The position numbers were made by a program, and so were the translations under genes. A DNA stretch of 32,000 nucleotides from positions 360,001-392,000 of the forward strand of contig NC_020409.1 of NCBI RefSeq assembly GCF_000341895.1, written 5' to 3'. Origin of the DNA: Pseudodesulfovibrio piezophilus C1TLV30 (GTDB lineage Bacteria; Desulfobacterota; Desulfovibrionia; Desulfovibrionales; Desulfovibrionaceae). A model generated the notes under the pieces. It worked only from the letters and a program-made list of their open reading frames with translations. It made no database searches and had not been told where the DNA came from. Of this stretch, positions 27,666 through 32,000 are shown piece after piece (position 1 is the first letter of the stretch; every line of letters starts with the position of its first letter).

Positions 27666-28751
27666 ATGGCTGGTGAAATGAAAGCTGTAATTTCGTGCGA
27701 GTTTATCACTCAGCTCGCTGCTGAAATCAAGATGCATTTACCCGAATTCCCTTCTGAGGATTATACACAATCTGTTTGCGGAGAATCCTGGAAATCCTTG
27801 GAACTCAAAGAGAGATTGAGAAAAGGGGCAGCCATCCTTGGGCAACTCTTTCCATGTGATTATGCTGAATCGATTGAGGTGCTTAAATTGGTTGCACCGA
27901 GTTATAATGGATTGCAGTCCTTACTCTTTCCTGAATATGTGGAACAATTTGGTCTGGGAAACTGGGATATATCAATGGATGCCCTCGCGTTTTTCACGCC
28001 CCTGGGGAGTGCTGAGTTTGCTGTGCGTCCATTTATCCGATTGGATCAAGAAAGAATGACGCGTCAATTGCTTCTTTGGTCGGAAAGCGATGATATGCAT
28101 TTAAGACGCCTTGCTTCCGAGGGCTGTCGTCCTCGATTGCCTTGGGCTTCTCCCTTACGCAGATTTATTAAAAATCCAGACCCCATTATCCCCATACTGA
28201 CACAGCTCAAGAGTGACCCAGAAGAATACGTTCGTCGCAGTGTCGCCAATAATCTCAACGACATATCAAAGGATCATTCTGCTCGTGTCCTGGAGCTTGG
28301 TTCACAGTGGATCGGTTTTTCGATTGAAGTTGAAAAAGTTGTTAAACATGGTTTGAGAACATTGTTGAAAAAAGGGCATACAGACGCTTTGCGATTGTTT
28401 GGTTTTGGTGACCCAAAGGATATCTGTATAGAGAATTTTCGATTACCTGGGCAGACGATTTCGATAGGAACGACACAGGCAATCCAATTTGACGTTGTCT
28501 ATTCCGGGGTGTCACCAGTTAAAGTTCGACTCGAATATGCAATCGATTATCGCAAAGCGAATGGGAGTACATCCAGAAAAGTCTTTCAAGCTGGTGAGTC
28601 GTTTTTTAAACACGGTAAATCTCAGATTGAAAGGAAGCAGTCCTTCAAACAAATGACAACTCGGAAGCATTATCCAGGAAACCATGCAATTTCGATCCTG
28701 GTCAATGGCTGTGAGAAGGCTCATATCTCATTTATTTTGTTACCAGAATAA
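27666..28751 (+). CDS. DNA alkylation repair enzyme family protein (HEAT-like repeats, COG4335-type)
   Basis: The motifs LRRLASEGCRPRLPWA and EYVRRSVANNLNDISKDH are as I recall them for this family. The assignment is from memory only. Confidence 0.65.
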   Translation: MAGEMKAVISCEFITQLAAEIKMHLPEFPSEDYTQSVCGESWKSLELKERLRKGAAILGQLFPCDYAESIEVLKLVAPSYNGLQSLLFPEYVEQFGLGNWDISMDALAFFTPLGSAEFAVRPFIRLDQERMTRQLLLWSESDDMHLRRLASEGCRPRLPWASPLRRFIKNPDPIIPILTQLKSDPEEYVRRSVANNLNDISKDHSARVLELGSQWIGFSIEVEKVVKHGLRTLLKKGHTDALRLFGFGDPKDICIENFRLPGQTISIGTTQAIQFDVVYSGVSPVKVRLEYAIDYRKANGSTSRKVFQAGESFFKHGKSQIERKQSFKQMTTRKHYPGNHAISILVNGCEKAHISFILLPE

Positions 28752-28864
28752 TCACACCTTAAAAGAACGTTTTTTTGTCACATAAAAAGCTCTCTTTTTT
28801 GGTTGACCCAAATGATTATCAGCTATAATTGAGCGTCCTTCATTCTGAATTGAGAGGGATAGCA

Positions 28865-29437
28865 ATGACAACAGAAGTTCTATTTCTTGGGTCGATGATA
28901 TTTTTGGCAGAGGTTGCAGTTTTAACACTCGGCACGGTCAGAACCATGGTAACGGTTTTGGGTGAGTCTCGAGCAGCATTTTGTCTAGGATGTTTGGAAA
29001 TGCTTCTTTGGGTTTTTGGAACTTCAACAGTTATGCTCAAAGTTGGTGAAGAACCCTTTCTGGGCGTTTGTTATGCCGTTGGCTTTGCTTGTGGCAATGT
29101 CGTTGGCATTATTGCTGAGAAAAAACTTGCACTGGGTAATGTCGTGGTTCGTATTATCAGTGCATGGCGAGGGACGGAAATCGCACACGCCATCCGAGAT
29201 GCCGGGTTTATGATCACTACTGTGGCAGGTGAAGGGTCTCAGGGAGCTGTGACTGTTCAGTTTGTCGTCTGTAAGCGAAAAGATATGAATCAGGTTTTGG
29301 CTATTGCACGCAGCCTTGATCATGATCTTTTTTACACTTTTGAAACCGCAGGTGGGGCGAGTGAGGTACATAGCCCCAGTGAGAGCCGAGTTTCAAAAGT
29401 TTTACGTCCGATAAAACGTCTTGTTCCGATACAATAA
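28865..29437 (+). CDS. DUF2179 / UPF0316 family membrane protein
   Basis: It has N-terminal TM helices with the LTLGTVRTMVTVLGESRAA pattern and a C-terminal DUF2179-like region (VRIISAW...GFMITTVAGEGSQG). ATG 28865 follows GAGAGGGA. Confidence 0.7.
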   Translation: MTTEVLFLGSMIFLAEVAVLTLGTVRTMVTVLGESRAAFCLGCLEMLLWVFGTSTVMLKVGEEPFLGVCYAVGFACGNVVGIIAEKKLALGNVVVRIISAWRGTEIAHAIRDAGFMITTVAGEGSQGAVTVQFVVCKRKDMNQVLAIARSLDHDLFYTFETAGGASEVHSPSESRVSKVLRPIKRLVPIQ

Positions 29438-29820
29438 AGGGAGCTCCAGAGCGTGGACTTCGGGGGGGCTTTCTCGTATACGAATTGATAGGTTTGGTGG
29501 CCGTTCGTTAATTCAATACAAGCTATCCATAAATTCCTTGAGTGATGAGTAAAGCAGATTTGCTTCTCTGCAAAAGCGTGTGATCTTATATTTCCTCAAT
29601 TTAACTGAAAAAGCTTTTCTACAACAAGATTTTCTAGCGGATACTCCATGGCTGAGATGTCTGGTGTGAACGGAGAGTTTGAGGGCAGGAAGAGTCATTA
29701 AGGAAGTAATGCCGTGATGCCTAATCACTAACTTTGTGCCATCTGTTGTGGATATCCAATCGATCACGTGATTCTCACCTCACGTATCGAGAATTACCAA
29801 TCTCAATCACACTGACCCGT

Positions 29821-30213
29821 TCAAGGTTTGGGTTTTATATCGATAACCGGTGTGCCATCGAGCACTTCCAGGGGTTCGATAGTCAGGGTTGTCCCTTTTA
29901 TCGAAACAAGTGTGACACGATGCAAGCCTACTGGGTTAGGGCGAAAAGGGGACCGTGTTGTAAAGACCCCGCGCAGGGGGCGTTTCTTGTCGCCACGAGG
30001 ATGTACTTTAAGAACGTCTCTTTCTGCTTGGTGAAGCCAGGTGAGTAATTCTAGCTGTGCTCCTGCCTGCATTGAGTCCAGCCCTTCAGCGTAGAGTGGA
30101 TCGATTTCGATTGTTGCCTGAACAGCCCCAGGGGCGTCTTCCATTTTGGGAGCAGTGCTCAGATCTTTGATTGATGATCGGACCACTCCAATAATGACAA
30201 GTTCTTTATTCAT
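29821..30213 (-). CDS. trmO: TsaA/TrmO family tRNA methyltransferase (short form)
   Basis: The segment GVFTTRSPFRPNPVGLHRVTLVSI...LEVLDGTPVIDIKP is the typical YaeB/TsaA core. It overlaps thiL by 4 nt (ATGA). Confidence 0.8.
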   Translation of the reverse strand: MNKELVIIGVVRSSIKDLSTAPKMEDAPGAVQATIEIDPLYAEGLDSMQAGAQLELLTWLHQAERDVLKVHPRGDKKRPLRGVFTTRSPFRPNPVGLHRVTLVSIKGTTLTIEPLEVLDGTPVIDIKPKP

Positions 30214-31169
30214 GAGGTCTCCGTTTTTGTAAAATGGTCGAACCCAGATCCTGTAAAAGGATTACCATTGACAATAATACCGGGAGCTTTGGTCACAGTA
30301 CCGATACGCGAGAAGCCTGGTACTGATTCTGCTTTACCCAATTCAAAAGGAGAGACGGCCCCGAGAAGGGCATAGTCTTCACCCCCTATAAGGGTGAATG
30401 AAATCGGGTCATGCTGAATTATTTCGGAAAATTTTTTGATATCGTTATTTAAACTGTCTTCTTTGATCTCTAGCTCAGCACCGGAGTCCGCTCCGAGGAA
30501 TCTGGGGAGGTCCTGAGCCAAACCATCCGAGATATCCATGAGTCCTTTAACCCCAGCAGCGTTAAGAAGTGTGCCTATTAGTACCTTGGGTTTAGGTCTC
30601 AAGTGAGCCATCACAGCCGCCGGGAAAAGCGTCCGGGCTTTCTCTCCATATTTTTCAAGAGCCAGAAGCCCTGTACGCGCCAAGCCGAGGTCTCCTATTG
30701 TGAAAAGAATATCTCCGGTATGGCAATTACCTCGGGTTATGAACCCTGTAGAGCCGCCTATACCGAAGATGGTAATGGAGATCATCAGTTTGTCTCCTCG
30801 ACTTAAATCACCACCGGCCAAGACTATATCGTTTTGTTTGGCCAAAATAGCCATGGATTTGAAAAAATCCTTCCAAAAATCATTTTTGAGCGTAGGGGGA
30901 GCAACTATATTCATTGTAAATGCGATTGGCTTGGCCCCCATTGCGGCTATATCACTAATATTAACCGCAAGGGCCTTGTATCCGATATCTTCCGGAGAAA
31001 AGTAAGCCTGTCGAAAATGAATGTCTTCGATAAAAAGATCGGAGGAGACACAAAGGTCTTTATTTCCCGTTAATACGGCACAGTCATCACCGCGTCCCAG
31101 TTTAATAAAATCGTGATCACATGGGAAAAAAGAATCTATAAGTTCAAGGAATGTCTGTTCGCTCTTCAT
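30210..31169 (-). CDS. thiL: Thiamine-monophosphate kinase
   Basis: It has GRGDDCAV, the AIR-synthase-like fold pattern DIHF...GYKALAVNISDIAAMGA, and GGD motifs. Confidence 0.88.
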   Translation of the reverse strand: MKSEQTFLELIDSFFPCDHDFIKLGRGDDCAVLTGNKDLCVSSDLFIEDIHFRQAYFSPEDIGYKALAVNISDIAAMGAKPIAFTMNIVAPPTLKNDFWKDFFKSMAILAKQNDIVLAGGDLSRGDKLMISITIFGIGGSTGFITRGNCHTGDILFTIGDLGLARTGLLALEKYGEKARTLFPAAVMAHLRPKPKVLIGTLLNAAGVKGLMDISDGLAQDLPRFLGADSGAELEIKEDSLNNDIKKFSEIIQHDPISFTLIGGEDYALLGAVSPFELGKAESVPGFSRIGTVTKAPGIIVNGNPFTGSGFDHFTKTETS

Positions 31170-31186
31170 TTTAGTCTCTTAAGGAG

Positions 31187-31999
31187 TTAGATCATTTCAA
31201 TATAGTCGCCGATGATTGTCTTTATACCAAAGCCTGGGAAGTTTATCTTGAATTTATTAGGCTCTGGTTGAGCAATAATTTTGCCTTTGCCAAAGATTTT
31301 ATGTTTGCAGAATCCCAATTTGACAGTATTTTTTTTGTTTTTCGTGTCCGTATTACTCTCTGTGTGAGTTTGCTGGCGCGTTGTTCCTAACTGTGGATGA
31401 GTTTCAGGCCGAGTTCTTTTTTCCATGCCTCCACCGTATGATTCGTTGAGACGTTCAAAAGTCTCATTAGGCAATTCAAGGATAAATGGACTGGGCAATG
31501 TAGGGTCAGACATCCCACTGGCTCGATTGTAGACCGAACTTGGCACAAAGAGTTTAAGACAATCTTTTGCACGAGTGCACGCCACATACATCAGCCGACG
31601 CTCCTCTTCCAAGTCTTCAGCTCGTTGCATGGCCTTTCGAGATGGAAAGCGATCTTCAACCAAATCTATGATGATCACAGCTTTCCACTCTAGGCCTTTT
31701 GCAGAGTGAACAGTTGAAAGGACTACTGAATTCTCTTTGCGTTTCTCGTCCTCGGGATCTCCATTGAGGCTGAGATCTCCCAGAAACTGTTCCATATCAG
31801 AATAACTGACTGCAATTTGGCTTAATTGTTCAAGCCCTGCTTGGCGTTTTGGATAATCATCCGGGTATTTTTCAATAAGGATTGGCTGGTAGAAAGACAT
31901 TATTCGCTCAAGAAGCATGGAGGGTTTCGGTGTCAGTCCTCTCAGGGTATTGAGTTCATTAAAAAGTGCTCGTAAATCTTCATGCTTTTTTGTGATTGT
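31187..31999 (-). CDS. UvrD/Rep/PcrA-type superfamily 1 helicase, C-terminal fragment; the 5' end lies outside the window
   Basis: It has helicase motifs V/VI (LSTVHSAKGLEWKAVIIIDL, YVACTRAKDCL). The frame stays open upstream of the M at 31918 to the window edge. Confidence 0.85.
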   Translation of the reverse strand, partial: TITKKHEDLRALFNELNTLRGLTPKPSMLLERIMSFYQPILIEKYPDDYPKRQAGLEQLSQIAVSYSDMEQFLGDLSLNGDPEDEKRKENSVVLSTVHSAKGLEWKAVIIIDLVEDRFPSRKAMQRAEDLEEERRLMYVACTRAKDCLKLFVPSSVYNRASGMSDPTLPSPFILELPNETFERLNESYGGGMEKRTRPETHPQLGTTRQQTHTESNTDTKNKKNTVKLGFCKHKIFGKGKIIAQPEPNKFKINFPGFGIKTIIGDYIEMI

Positions 32000-32000
32000 C

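Overview
This is a gene-dense 32-kb chromosomal segment with about 37 protein-coding genes, moderate GC and mostly short intergenic gaps. It looks like housekeeping genome of an anaerobic, Desulfovibrio-like deltaproteobacterium. That assignment is an inference from gene content only: a PaaK+ACT pair, a sigma54-type promoter and a chemoreceptor. Gene order is ligA' - dapB - cls - MATE - Hpt - ACT - paaK - nitroreductase - rsfS - gpmI - Zn-ribbon ORF - MCP - EamA - LOG - beta-CASP RNase - rsmD - coaD - miaA - sixA - two secreted unknowns - pgsA - tatA - two unknowns - HAD - yggT - divIVA - DUF465 - ilvBN - ilvC - AlkD-like - DUF2179 - trmO/tsaA - thiL - uvrD-like'. I found no rRNA, tRNA, CRISPR array, transposase or integrase, and no obvious defence island. 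Products were called from motifs I recognise in the translations, because no database search was possible. The most interesting signal is not in the ORF track. On the minus strand upstream of paaK-ACT there is a Shine-Dalgarno-preceded 18-codon ORF with 6 Phe codons. Its stop codon abuts mutually exclusive antiterminator and terminator helices, the geometry of a classical ribosome-mediated phenylalanine attenuator in front of a phenylacetate-CoA ligase operon. Secondary observations are: an MCP with a C-terminal Cache/PAS-like module behind a good sigma54 -24/-12 element; two pairs of uncharacterised genes; unusually long perfect palindromes serving as bidirectional terminators that include stop codons; and two long non-coding gaps.
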